A DNA stretch of 64,000 nt from Bugula neritina (Eukaryota > Animalia > Bryozoa): positions 2,925,628 through 2,989,627 of the forward strand of contig OZ037771.1 of NCBI GenBank assembly GCA_964035545.1, written 5' to 3'. The position numbers and the translations under genes are program-made. Of the stretch, positions 1-18,440 are shown piece by piece; the first letter of the stretch is position 1; every line of letters starts with the position of its first letter. The notes beneath the pieces were generated by a model, which saw only the letters and a program-made list of their open reading frames with translations, was not told the origin of the DNA and did not search any database.

Positions 1-322
1 ATACTAGTATATATAATTATTATATACTATTGTGTTATTAGTACTCTATTCATCGGCACATTCACTACTGTATGCTATGCCACTGGAAGCATCTACAAAT
101 ATGCTACTGTACATGTATACAAACATTATGCCCTTGTATTTATCTGGAGAAATATTGCCACATTTTAAACACAAATTGTCTCATATTCTATGTGATTACC
201 TTTTTATAATGTTTTGTACCAGAGTTTAAAAACACTTTTAAAAACGTTGATGTTACAAAGGCTTACTTAACATTTTAAAGCCTTAATTGACTTTTCATAT
301 TCTTACTGTCCCTGTTTGGCAG

Positions 323-5198
<4,876 letters not shown>

Positions 5199-6595
5199 AA
5201 CTTTTCTATGATTGAATCATCATATTTATTCAACTGAGAGGCTTCCTTCAGCATGTGCTGCTGCGGGGCTATGATTGCCGACCTTCGGAGTCAAGATGGA
5301 GAGTTATCTTCTCTCCCGCAGAGTTATGATTACTGTTTTTATTAATCATTACACTTAAGATGGTAAATTTATTTTTCGAGCCTCAATGATTTTAGGCTGC
5401 ATTTGAAATTAATAGTTTATTAGCTACCTTCCCAGAGTTCTCTGCCTTATTCACAGTGGCAACTACAGGCAGGAACGTTGTATATAATGGAAAAATATTT
5501 TATGTTTTTTATGAATTCTGTTACAAGTTAGCCTTAGTATCACGAGTCATTATTTGCATAGCGTATGCAGGCGTAGGATGTGTGCCCCCAATGTGTACTT
5601 GTATGTCAGTCAGCGCCCACAATTATTACTGTTTCAGAAGCTCAGCCGCACCTGTGATCTAATATCCTAGGATTTACCAGTTTATGCAATCCACCAGCCA
5701 TTCCTATTCATTATATTAGCTTTTATTCCATTTTAAATATGCTACCAATTGTAACAAAGTAAAAGTTGAATGTTTTGTTTATGTATGCATGGAAATTGAA
5801 ATTGATTCTCTGTTTGGTTGCTTTATTACATGCATGAATATAATTTATTGCATATTAAAAATCCAATAGTCTTTTGCATTTGTTGAATAATATAACATGG
5901 TATTTCAAGCCCTATTCACACTGTACACACAGCTCTGATCTAAATAAACTATATTTATTGAGGAGAATAGTATCTTTAAAACTGTGGCAAAAATTGTTAT
6001 AAAAACTTAGCAAAGCATGCTCAGAAAGGTTTTACTTTTGTCAAATACGTAATCAGTTTAAATCATAGACACTCTGATCAATAATTTAACCTGTGAAGGA
6101 TTTCTTCAGCTTTGAAAGTAATTTACTCGAAATAAAAATTTAGCTCTCAAGTTGGTACCATTTTTGAAGCAGCTTTTCATGTTAATTGCATCAGCTAGTT
6201 TGCATGGACTGACACCTTGGTATGGCCGGCTAGAGTTATAAGAAAGATGTAACTGATGAGTTGGAGCAGACTATAGTTTAAAAATATTCTTTCTGTTTTT
6301 CAACTTATGAAGGTTTCTCGGTTCAGTTATGAAATATCAATATTGAGTGGTTTTATCTAATCCAAAATCCAAACAAATGCAATTTTCAACTTCGGAAATA
6401 TTTTTAGATGCACATTTGAAAGAATATCATCGTTTTACATTTTATTGGAAAATAAAACTGCAAAATTGGTATCTAAGTTGTATTAACTACAGACTTCATA
6501 AAATATCAAGTAAACTCAAAACCATGAGCTCGTACTACAAGCTAAGTTTTTGTATCACATGACTTGACATCCTCAACTTTCAGTGTTGAGAAGGA

Positions 6596-9500
6596 TTAAA
6601 CGGAATTTTCGTTAGACCCACAAATGCCAGTGTCCACATTGTAATGGCTTCCATCAGAGCATTCTGAGATGAGCTTGACTCTTGCAGATCCACCATTGTG
6701 ATTGGTGATTGGGTAAATAATGCTGTAAGAGATATATTTCAGGTTGAATTTTTCACATCTATTAGAAAAGGAAGAAATCAGTACAGCTACCTAATAATTG
6801 TTACTACTACATAATATCGAATTGTCATTATACACATTACAATAAATTTAATATACTGATATCATTGTCACTTGTAACTGTGATTGAACAGGCCCAATAA
6901 TGTACTCAACATTTTATCGCACCCAATTACATATACTACAGTTATTAAAATATAAGACAACTGTTAAAGAAGAGTTCTTCGTATCTCTCATGAGTTTTTT
7001 TAAAGTTTTGATCCACCTGCACGAAATTGGTAGAATATATCAGAAAAATATAAACGTATTCTAAAAGTGAATTACTTACGGTGGAGTTTTTGACAGTAAG
7101 ACTATCGGAAATGACATCTGCCTCTGTATTAGAGCTTGGGTGAGTTTACCTTTCACATCAGCTGGCATGGCCGGGACATCAGCTGCGTAGGCTGTGTCTG
7201 TTATCCAGCTGATAGCTAGAACATTGTTCTCGCAGGTAAAGATGGGGATCGGATGGGTCGTCACATTACACACTGCAATCAGTAGAAAAGTTTCTTTTTA
7301 CATAGAATATTTTATATAGAACTTGCCCCTGAAGACTGATACTCATGTGTTGAGAAGGTTCATGTGTACCAAAATATATGAAGTGATATTTTTTCTGTCT
7401 TTCAACCGCTACACGAGTTGAAATCTTGAACAAATTACGTCAATGTGACTTACATTGCTCAGTAAATGCTTTGTTCATAGAAAAAATATTTGTCATTCTC
7501 CAAATAAAGCTCTTACCCAGCTAGGTTCAAAAATTAAGTTTATCCATAATTAAATTACTTAAAAACCTAGTTGAAGTGGCTACATTGATGAGGGCTATGC
7601 ACTGTGCTACAACAAGCCATGCCGGCAGCTTGACTTGTGGGTTTGTTGCTGTTGAGCAAGAGCACACAACTTCTTATGCTAAGCTAAAGCTTCTAACCAC
7701 TTCACCAACGCTGCTTCTCAAAAAACTCTTGTTTAGATCCACATAGAAATTCTCTCAATTTACCCAATAAAATAGATAGGATTTATCAGCTTGAAAAATA
7801 GAGGCATGGTAAAATTTAAACTTAATTAAGACAAGCGGAATGAGGCTATATGTATCATTTTGATGCATTCCCACATACTTTACTGTTTGTAAAACTATCA
7901 ATAAGATGACATATTTAAATCAGCGTATAAACTTAGTAGGTCTATTAATAGTACAACTACTTTAGTTTTGTTGAGCGCTTAATATTCTGTTTTACATTAT
8001 TTGTAAATAAAACACTAAATATAAGTGAAACTGTTATGCCACTATTTATACGTACTTTTTAATGATATTAGTTTTATATGCCAACTTACAGTCCTGGCAA
8101 ATGCTACCAAACTGAAGGTAGTTATGCTTAGCGGTACTCGTGACAGTCTGGAATGTGATGGATTCATCCAATAGTTTACAGTCAAGAGAATACCTGGCTT
8201 CAAAAGCTAACCTTCTAACAAGCAGTGCATCTACAGCAGATACATTCTATAAGTGTTCTAGATATTAAGCTGATCAAAATTCATTTATATAGTTGTAGTA
8301 GTGAAAAAACTCAATATCTTAATTTTAGTTTTTTCAAACTTTTTATGAGTTTTATTTAAAGTTTGGATCAAATATGACTTCTTTGCAATATTTATATTTA
8401 AACTCAGGTTTATTGCCACTGAAAATGACAGAAGATGCAGCCTGCAGGCTATACGAGATAATTTTAGCATGCCAAATTGTTTGGCCAAAATCTATATCCA
8501 TAATCAGGTAATTAAATGAACAATTTTCCTGAACATTTTTCTAAACACCATTATAGTAAGCCACTGTCATTTGTTTTGCAGTAGAAAATTTGAACTAGAG
8601 TATTCGTTGCATTATAAATTCAAGACATTTTTGCTATGACAGATATAATTACTGTGCTAATTACACCAACTGTTTAAATATTTTAATATATTCTGTAACA
8701 AAATGTTGTTGTAAATCTTGACTAAATACTCAGAAAAGATGGTAAGTTACCAAAGACAATGATGGGAACAGAGCAGTTGAGGCCATGAGGTGAGGTCACC
8801 ATGTATGGATACTGTCCAATAGGGAGCAGTAATGTCTGTGTGACCTCTAGTTGATTCAGAGTAACTGTGCCAAGACCAGTCTCCGGGTTAGCTGTTGCTG
8901 TCACCGCAGGGGGGCAGTCTTTCTGGAACTGAATTTCTGATAATTCCGCTAAAAAGACAAGGACTTTAAATATTCAGTGTTATTAATGCATATAGCAAGC
9001 TTAAACAATAAAATATTATGTTAAAAGGTACTTGAATGGGCCAGATTTTATCTGACATTATGTATTGTTTTGTATCGTCAAAACAGCTGAAATTAAAATT
9101 TGGCGTATGAAATCAAATCTAAGAAATTCCCAAACACTATTAATTGTCAATAGTACTAGTTAAAATTTTGTTTTTACTTTAATTACCTATTTTAGTGCAT
9201 TATAGTCTTTAATTTTCTTGTATAACTTACGCTTGATTGGAGAATTAATAATTAAAGTTGCTGGAGCAGAAAACATGCCCGCAGAGTTTTTTGACCAAAC
9301 ACTAAAGAGAATGGTTTGTTTCCAGCCTGCATAGATATCTATAGCTGTAGATGATACATTAAGTCTACTAGAATGAGCACCAGGAAACTGGACCATGTAT
9401 GGGGCGGTAGCATGCAAGCTCTTACAGTTGTTTGCGAATGGACTCTGTAAAACAACAGATGAATTAGAAACATTAAAAGTTTTTTCTGATTTCAGTGAAT

Positions 9501-12500
9501 TGAAGTATAGGGTGAGTCAAAACCAAACATAGTATACCACACACTGATTGATTTATGTACACACACCTAAGACTTTTAGCACCTAGTATTCTTCATATTA
9601 CTGGAAAGCTTTGAACTGACTTGGCTTATGTTATATGGAGTTATGCAATGGAAAAAAAATTATGGTACAATAAGGAAAATTGCCTGATCAAGTGAGTGTT
9701 TTAATGCATAGACTAATATACCTCAACCTATCTTAATAAAGAGCACTACTCCTGTTGAATAAATTGAGTACATTTCAAACTTTCTAATGATAACAGCGAC
9801 TCACTATGAATTAAATAATATATATATATATATATATTTTGCTTGACAAAATATGACTTTGTTATAATGATGAGTATTTAGCTCACAATAATATTTGCAA
9901 AAATTTAGAACGAAAAACCTGATACCTACTACATTGCTGCTCTTTGCTTTTCATCATTTTAAAGTTGTGTAATGGCAACAATATCAACTGCCAACACATA
10001 ACTCTAACATGCTCAATTATTACGGCTTTCAAATGCCTTTAACACAAATTTACCTCCCATGTAAGAGAGTATTTCCACATCCTTACATCTGAGACACCAA
10101 TGTAGTAAGCTGCTGTGGCCTTGAGATTTTGAGGTGGGGAAGGGGCTACAGAAAATAAGGCAATAATTTGAGTTGTCTGTTCAGGCAGTAGAGTATTCCA
10201 CAATAGTAGTTTGACTAGAGATTTGCTATTTTAACTGTAAGGAATATTACAAGCTATACATTTTCAGGTTACAACCAGAAGTGACATACTTTTGCAGCAA
10301 TTAGATATTTAATAAGTTACCTCTCTTGTAATTATGATATATGGCTAAGTAGTTGAGTAAAATATTATGAATTTGTATTTTGAGCAACAAAAATTAGAGA
10401 TGGTTGCATTTTGCAAGTGAACAAGTTAAATTACATGAACATTAAATGAAGTAGATCTTAAATATTGATAAGAAAATCTAAAGTTAGATTTAGTTATTAT
10501 ATATATATATATATGCTTTATAGATTCATAGCACATGTCTTTATAAGGACAAGTGGTTATAATATAACTCCAAACAGGCTTACAAAAATAACACAACTTG
10601 TTTCAGTTACTTAATTTTAGCCCAACAACTCACTGGCACACACTGTCAGTGACTGTCACTTGCTTTTACTGGCTGTCACTCACTGTCACACACATCTCAT
10701 ATGTCACACACTGTCACTCACTGTCACACATATTACACACATCACACACTGTCACACACTTACTAATTGTCACTGTATATTGCAAGTGTTTAAATATCAT
10801 TAAACCTGAGAAGCAACTCACACAGAGCATTAAATGAGTCAAAATTGGTGATAATTAAATATCTAATAAAGTGTTGTAAAACAAAGGAGTACCAGAGCAG
10901 AGAGTGCGAACAGGCACTTTAGAGGCAGTGACATTACTGCAAGTAACTCCTCCAAAACTCTTGATGTCACAGTTGATCAGCTGGTGTGGGCTAAAGCCAC
11001 AACTTATGGTAGACCTGGCATCCACATCGACATCAGTCCAGTCCGCTGATATACATCTGTACTGAAATAGTAAGTATGCAGTTGGTTTTTTATACCTGCA
11101 TCATGCTTTTTATTTTTATTTTGAAAGGTTGTATACAAAATAAGAATAAAAAGCATGCAGGTATAAAAAATCAACTGCAACTACTATACAAGGTTGTATA
11201 GTATATAGTGAGCAAGTTTTACTTTCACTCTCAATGTACTATAGTATGCAGTTTGAATACAATTTAAAAGTACTAATTTCCATAAAGATAAATAGATAGA
11301 AACTACATTAGGTTGCTTTAGAGAGCTATATAAAACAATTACATCAGTTATTAAATACTTGGTAATATATAGAAAAGTTGCCTTTGACCCAGATTTAATG
11401 ACATTAATTTAGAAATGTATCCAGTGGAAATATCTTTTTGCTTTCAGTGCAGCAGAATGGGCAAGTCAACAACGAAAACCCTACCACGTAATAATAAACA
11501 CATTAACAAATATTGACCACAGTGCCCCTCACAGCAATCTTACCTGAAACCTATCAACCACTTTGTTCTGCTGGGTAAAACTCCAGTTTAGTCTAACACA
11601 CGAAGAGTTGATTGCTTCCAGAAATAAATCTGTTGGTTGTTGAGGTTTGTCTGCAAAATAATAAATTTCTGTTATAACATTTTTTTATATTTTTTTCAGA
11701 AATTTTAACCAGTAATTAAAAGAGCGCTAATCCTATGGCTAATATTAAGAAATTATAGTTTTTTAGAGGGTTATTTAAATCTAGTAACAGAGCAAGAGTT
11801 TTAAAAAAGTAAAATATCATGATAAAAACTTATTTTTAGCAGATTTAGTAAACCCCAGCTTGGTGTTGGAAAAGTGTTAACCACCACAATTTCTTTACGC
11901 AGCTCTGTATTGAAATAATAGATTAAACTTTTGCTAACAGAAAAACCTGTTAAATCATTGAAATGGATTATTTTAAGTCTTTAATTTGAAAATATTATAA
12001 ACTTGTCTTTATGCAGAATACATATGAAAAGCCAATATTTTATGAAAAATGAAGTGAAGTGATTAAATATTTTTTATAATGATACAGGACAAAGCGGAGA
12101 TAGATGAGAAAAAAATATGCAGTTAATACTGAACTGCCAAGTGACCATTTATCATCCTATATAGTTTGCTTTGTTTGGAATCTAAAATTTAGTCTAGTGA
12201 AAAGGCATAACACAAGTGGCCATCTTACCTGCTAGTGGAGTTTGGAATGCTACATTTACTGGCATAGACTTTATAGCTTGATTGTTGATAGCCCAGACTC
12301 TAAAAGTGACATTTCGATTAACCTCAACTTCAATAACAGCCATATTGGAAGACACAGCGTGGACAGCAGAAGTTGGCAACGGGTAGCTGACGTCATAAGG
12401 GTAGTCAAGGAGAGAAGCGCAGTTTATATTCTTTGGCTCCTAAAGCAATTGTCTAAATATGATAACAAAATAAACATATTTCGCCAAAGCAAGCGTGTGT

Positions 12501-13141
12501 CACATTTGTTGGCTGGTCTTTGTTTAAGTTTTAAATCAGAGAAAATTTACAGAAAATATGAATACTGAGTTGCAAATCCTCTAGGATTAAATGATTTAAC
12601 TATTTATGATAGACTATCAACTTTTTATTATTGAATTGTAAAATACACACTAAGTAAAAGTTAACTATTAGTCTTGCTTTATAGCTGTTTAAAAAATTAT
12701 GAGACCTAACCGATGTCTATTTTAGTAGCAGATATGAGCTGTTTAGATTAGTTTAGTGCCTATAGGTACGCATCTTGTAATAGTGTAAACACATAAGATA
12801 TTTTCTCACCTTCCATAATATGACATATCTCCACATCTTCCTGTTGTTGGACCTCACCAGCACAGGTGATTCAACTTTCAGGTCACGAGGTGGAGACGGA
12901 GCTAAAAGAATTTTTGGAACTAAAATGTTCTTTTAAAAGAAATGCTCATTAAAGCTAGAACTTTGATGAAGTCAAGAAGACTGCCTCTTTATGGTATTCG
13001 CTCCAGATTTCTCATTGAAATATATCTATACACGCACACACATGCACACACATGCACACACTCGCGCACACGCGCGCACACGCACACACACATGCGCACA
13101 CACGCGCACACACGCGCACAAACGCACACGCACGCACACGC

Positions 13142-13220
<79 letters not shown>

Positions 13221-15327
13221 ACATTTTACCTGTACAAGGTATGGTAACAGTTGATGAATTCACTATCTGGCTGGGTACATCTCCATTCATGGTTTGTATT
13301 TCACAGAATACTTTAGTGTTTGGCTGGAACTCTCCACACATGCTATAACTTCTTGAACTACTTGAACTTACCCTCAAATACCTCCAACTTGTCCAATTTC
13401 CACAGCGAAACTGCAGAGAAAATAAAAGAGAATACAAAGTATAAATTGACATTGTTATGCCAGCATATTTTGTGTTGCTTGCTAAAGATATAATTCTGCT
13501 AAAACATGTTTCATGTATAATCATGTGAGAAACAAAACTTAAATTTGGTAACCGTATATAGTAATTTTTTAATATAGTAATATGGTAATATAGCGATTTA
13601 ATAATATGGACTATATGGTGATTTACATAAGTGATACAGTTTAGTAACTAAAATAAGAGTTTAAATACAAACCTGGTAGCCTGTGGCCTTATAAGAGTTC
13701 TTTTGTCGCCAATTTAGATAAATACAGTTGTTAGACTGAGCCTGTAACGATACTGAGTATGGCTCACTAGGAATTTCTGCAAACAAACTAATTCCAATAT
13801 AATATAAATCATCAAACAATATATTTTTTACTGCCTTGATAGATTACCGGTTGTGTTATCTATAGAAGTAACGTGAAGCTCAGTGTAAAAAGGTTTTTTG
13901 CTAACATTTTTTTATACATTGAAAATCGCACTTATTTTAATCAACATTGCTTTCTAGACTTTGTGAAAATAAAAGCAGGTTACATTATGCAGCAATAAGA
14001 CAGAAATTTCCAGAAAGGGTACTGTTTAGGTATAATTTTAATTTTACATGATCTATAATAATTCACTTTCCTATATATCATAAAGAAATTGTTTTTACAT
14101 GCAATACAACCCCTGGTGCACCTCTAAAGTAAAATTTTACTTATTGCGAGTGATATACGGTTTTATGTTGCATTAATGGTTTATTTTTTATACGACAACC
14201 TACAATCAGTGGAATTTCAGGCAAAATGATAACAGACTAAGTTGAAATTCAAGTTGCACTTAGCGAAAATATTCACATTCTTAAAAAGCAAATTTATTTA
14301 TATAATTTTTTTGTATAAGCTAACAGTTTTGTTGCAAATAAAGAAATAAATTTCTAGTTAAACTTCTAAATTTTGTTAAAATCTATATATATATCAATGC
14401 TTTTGATGGTTTTCTAATTACTACAGTGGACTACTATTTGTAATATTAAAGTATTCACTCTTAAATGCAAGCAAACTTATTAAAATTCTTCATTCTAATG
14501 TAACTAAAATGTTATAACTTAAATAGAATTAAATACTAAATAGTAAAAAAAATATTTTGATGTTTATTTTGCCAAGTTAGACAGCATAGTAGCAGAAAAG
14601 TTTCTTTTTTATGCAAATAATTTAAATTCTCTGCTTTTTATCAAAATTCTACCATCCAATGTTTGTTTTACTAACTTATTTTACAATGGCTGTATCAAAA
14701 TATTTCTGAAAGTTGTATAACATACATTTTGCATCATAACACAGTGTGATATTTACCAATGCATTTTGGGACAGTTCCTGTCCATGTACCATTGACACAT
14801 TGTCTTGCTAAACTGCCTTGAGAGATGGCTCTCCCATTTGTACAGCCGTAAGATATGAAAGTCTCGTCATCATAGAACCTGGAATCTGGAACCACTACAG
14901 CATATTGTGGAGTTGTGGGTCTCTGACAGCCATCAGCTTCTGTATATAAGTAATATAACAGAACATATGTATTATTATATTGCGAATAAACTTATTTCTT
15001 TATACAATATGAAAGATATACATGCATTCGAAGCTATAACATGAATTTTAGTAGAATTTTATATCCTATAAGAGTGAATTTCAATTGTATAATCTCTAAG
15101 CTTATAGCATATGAGAAAGTGTACATCAGCTTTTAAGCTAATGTTGTAATAGAGGCGTGGTGTTGGAAAACTAGGATGCAAGCTACCTTCAATCTACTAA
15201 GACAAATAATTTTAACTGAAATTGTTTAAGGCAAGTTACTATAGAAACAATACTCACTGCAGTACGTGCTTAGAAAGAATAAGACGGTTGCCAAGCAGTA
15301 CAGCTTATGTTTTACCAGGGGAGACAT
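6596..15327 (-). CDS. Secreted CCP(Sushi)-FN3x4-HYR-like protein, about 693 aa, 14 exons
   Basis: Exons 15258-15327 (signal peptide [23 protein letters not shown]), 14757-14939 (CCP: CQRP...YGCTNG...[15 protein letters not shown]), 13673-13776, 13230-13410, 12810-12901, 12229-12439, 11544-11650, 10893-11061, 10054-10145, 9231-9444 (FN3 halves: [23 protein letters not shown]), 8751-8948 (HYR-like DCPPAVT..IGQY..C), 8090-8230, 7080-7272 and 6596-6722. Total 2082 nt, consistent splice phases, no transmembrane segment seen. Confidence 0.85.
13030..13220. repeat. (CA/CG)n followed by (TA)n microsatellite
   Basis: Visible dinucleotide runs in an intron of the FN3 gene; source of the His/Thr and Val/Cys spurious ORFs. 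Confidence 0.95.
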
Positions 15328-16120
15328 AGTAGCTACTGAACTGTGTTCACCTAGTACCCTTGCTCTTGTAGATGTTTGATGCAAATGAGCTTAAGTCAAG
15401 TTTTCATATATTGCATACTTTTATATCCTAATCAGGGGCTTACCCCATTTGCCCCTTACTTCATTTGTAGACATTTAAAGTTTCAGTGCTAATAACTGAT
15501 AACATTTTATGATAAGATATTATTTGGGACCAGGTGCTAGGGAAAGTGCTTGAGTGGGCTACAAGTTGTGAAAACAATTGCTGAGAGAGAAAAAGCTAAT
15601 GGCTTTTGTTTACAGCTTTTAATCCTAATAGCTTTCTGCAAAGCTTGTAGAGCAAATGATAAACTATAGCATTATATGTGTTGTGTTTTTAATATATATG
15701 TATGTTTATTGTTGCAGGCTGAAAGAAAATAGCAATGAGAAAAAGTTGCAAGTTGCAAGTAAAACGATAAGTGATAATGCTGGGTGTATATACCAGTCTA
15801 AAAAGTTAGCTATTGTATAGTAGCCAAAATCACTGTAGAAAAAGCATAATGTAGCTAACATGGCTATGCTAATACAAGTAAAGCTATAATGAATTAGGAA
15901 AAGCTTTCCCAGCTCATGTAATGTCCCAACACTATGTGTGTAGCTTAGAGGGAAGATCAAACCCCCCCCATAGTTTAATACAGTTTAGGGAAACTGCTAT
16001 GGTTCAGCTGATATGTGATAAAATCTTGGAAAACAACAGATGCATGGCCTGTCAGATAACGCAGTGAATTTAATAGCAAAACATTAGTTATAATTTTGGT
16101 GGAAGTGACATACACAGGAA

Positions 16121-17689
16121 ATGGCTAAGACAGAAAATTTGCTGCTGACTTTGCTTCTTCTGTCAGCGTGTGCTGCACTTATCCACTCGTATGCCTACAT
16201 TAGAACAGATGTGCCAGGTAGATGAACTATTGTATATTGAAACATTGATAATTTTTTATTTTGATGATGACTGTTTGAAATGTTGATTGGCAGGTTTTGT
16301 CAACTCTTGATAGCCGTTTATATTCTTATTTATCTAAAAATGGCAGGTTACAACAATATAAATTGGCAACGTGTTAGTTTACATCTAGTCATAATCGTAC
16401 TTATTTTGTGCAATTAAGTTTAATTTCATTGGTTGACTTTCTCAAAATAATTTTCAAGAGCGAAGTGGTGACTTTTTAGCAACACTGGACTAGTTTTAAA
16501 TGCTGTGAAAAATATTTTATATTATTTCTGCCTATTTTAGATTTATTACCTTTTCAAGTTTTCATTTTATGAGCCAAAAAATTGACTAATAATACAACAA
16601 ATAAATTGATAATTATAAAATAAATTCTCAAATATAAAACGAATGAATTCACAATTTCAAAACAAATAAATTATGAAAGTAAAAAGTAGTCGATATATTG
16701 CAATACTGCAAATCAGAATTTTTTTCTGCAGAAATGTAGCATGTGCACATTTGACGATACTTGTTTCACAGAATGTCAGCCATGTTTGTATTATAGAATG
16801 TCAGCCATGTTTGTTTCACAGAATGTCAGATACTTCCCCCTGGTGAGACAGTCTACCACGATGAGAAGTGTGAGAGCTGCAGCTGTATGGGAGGAGGGAA
16901 GCCACACGCGTCCTGTGCTGGGTATGAACTATGGACAATGTTAGACTCCTAGACACGGAGGGCCGTAAACTTGCTATTGCTAAATTATAACAACAATTGT
17001 GGAGCAAAATTTCATTGTGTGATTAAGCTTTCAGTCTATGACCAAAACACTTGGAATTCACTGATAAAGGTTTAAGTTTTAAAAGTTAAATGACATATTG
17101 CATAGACTTGATATTGATGAGCAATGACCTATAGTAATTGTTTCATTATGCAAAGCACAACATATCAAGTGTAGATAATTCTTACATGTAATGAAGGCAA
17201 CAAATTGTCCTAAATATTAAACATGTCAGATACATACCCAGGTGTTTCAAATAGATTAGAAATTTACAATCATGCACCATTATATGTTTTATTACAACTG
17301 GCAGTGTTTTATATTAACACAGATAAATATATTTTACATTCCACTGCCTAATTTTAAACAACATTCTGTTATACTAAAATATGGTAGCCTGCAATCCCTA
17401 GTTTTTTGCTCCTAAATCTGGTATGGAAGGACAACTACCTGTTCATAAATCTTGCCCGGAAGGACAACTCTTAATGCCATATTGCTAGAAAACGACACAA
17501 CGCACTGAAAAGTCAATATTAACTGTTCAATGTAGTGTAAATTTTCACTTATGTCATTTTAGATGCGGTGTAGCTTTTATTGCTCTTACACAAGAACAAA
17601 TAGGAAGAGGCTGTGAAGTTAAACAGGTGGAGAAAACTCCTGAAATTAAATATCCTGCTTGCTGCAGAAAATTTGTCAAGTGTCCGTAA
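16121..17689 (+). CDS. Small secreted single-VWC (SVWC/Vago/La1-like) protein, copy 1
   Basis: Exons 16121-16217, 16822-16921 and 17563-17689 give MAKTENLLLTLLLLSACAALIHSYAYIRTDVP-ECQILPPGETVYHDEKCESCSCMGGGKPHASCAG-CGVAFIALTQEQIGRGCEVKQVEKTPEIKYPACCRKFVKCP*. Signal peptide, CxxCxC and YPxCC...C motifs. Confidence 0.88.
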
Positions 17690-18440
17690 ATCCAAATTTT
17701 TTTTCATGCAGCTTTTTGTTGTATTGGTTTGCTAAAGAATACAATGTAATAGACAAACATGTCAACACAATATGTATTTTGTTAACTGGTTAGTTTCACC
17801 ATATTTATGTTATCTTCTTATCAACTTTAAATGTAATGATAGAGAATAGCTAGAAGCAGCACAGAAATGAGGGGCATTAAGTGCAGTATTTTAATAGACA
17901 TCACTGTTTGAACTTCAAACTCACATCTCCAACCTCGCTTTTCCCCCACCATGAGCTACTGCACTCAGTGACCACCCACTTTGTGCTGCTTCAAGCAATT
18001 TATTAAATAATATCATGTTATTCACTTATCATGCATAGAGAGCACAACTATAAATAAAGTATAAACTTGGCTACTATAATAAAAAGTATATTGTGATGAA
18101 TATAAATAATATTGTATCAGATACTACTTTCTATATTATAATCTATATTATATACTATATAGGTACACTACACATACTATATATATTTTTTCTATATATT
18201 ATTATAGGCCTATGTATTTTGTATACTCAATATGTTCTATATATAGAATATATATTATAAAGTATTCTGTAAATAATTATATAAGCTTTGAACTATAACC
18301 AACGCTTCTCTTAGACATTTAAAAAATGTATGCTAGCATTAATTATGCTTGCTTAATTTTTATAGAAACTAGATCACAGAGATGCTTAGTGCTTGTGTCC
18401 TAATACAGTCTATTAGCAATAGATAATACAATATTTATTA

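Noticed and set aside
5270-5298. SECIS element (ATGA...GA) in the dia 3' UTR
   Set aside because: Helix II is too short, there is no apical AA motif, and there is no in-frame TGA in the visible dia exons.
12942-13348. His/Thr-rich and Cys/Val-rich ORFs
   Set aside because: Translations of a (CA)n/(TA)n microsatellite; only 13230-13410 on the minus strand is a real exon.
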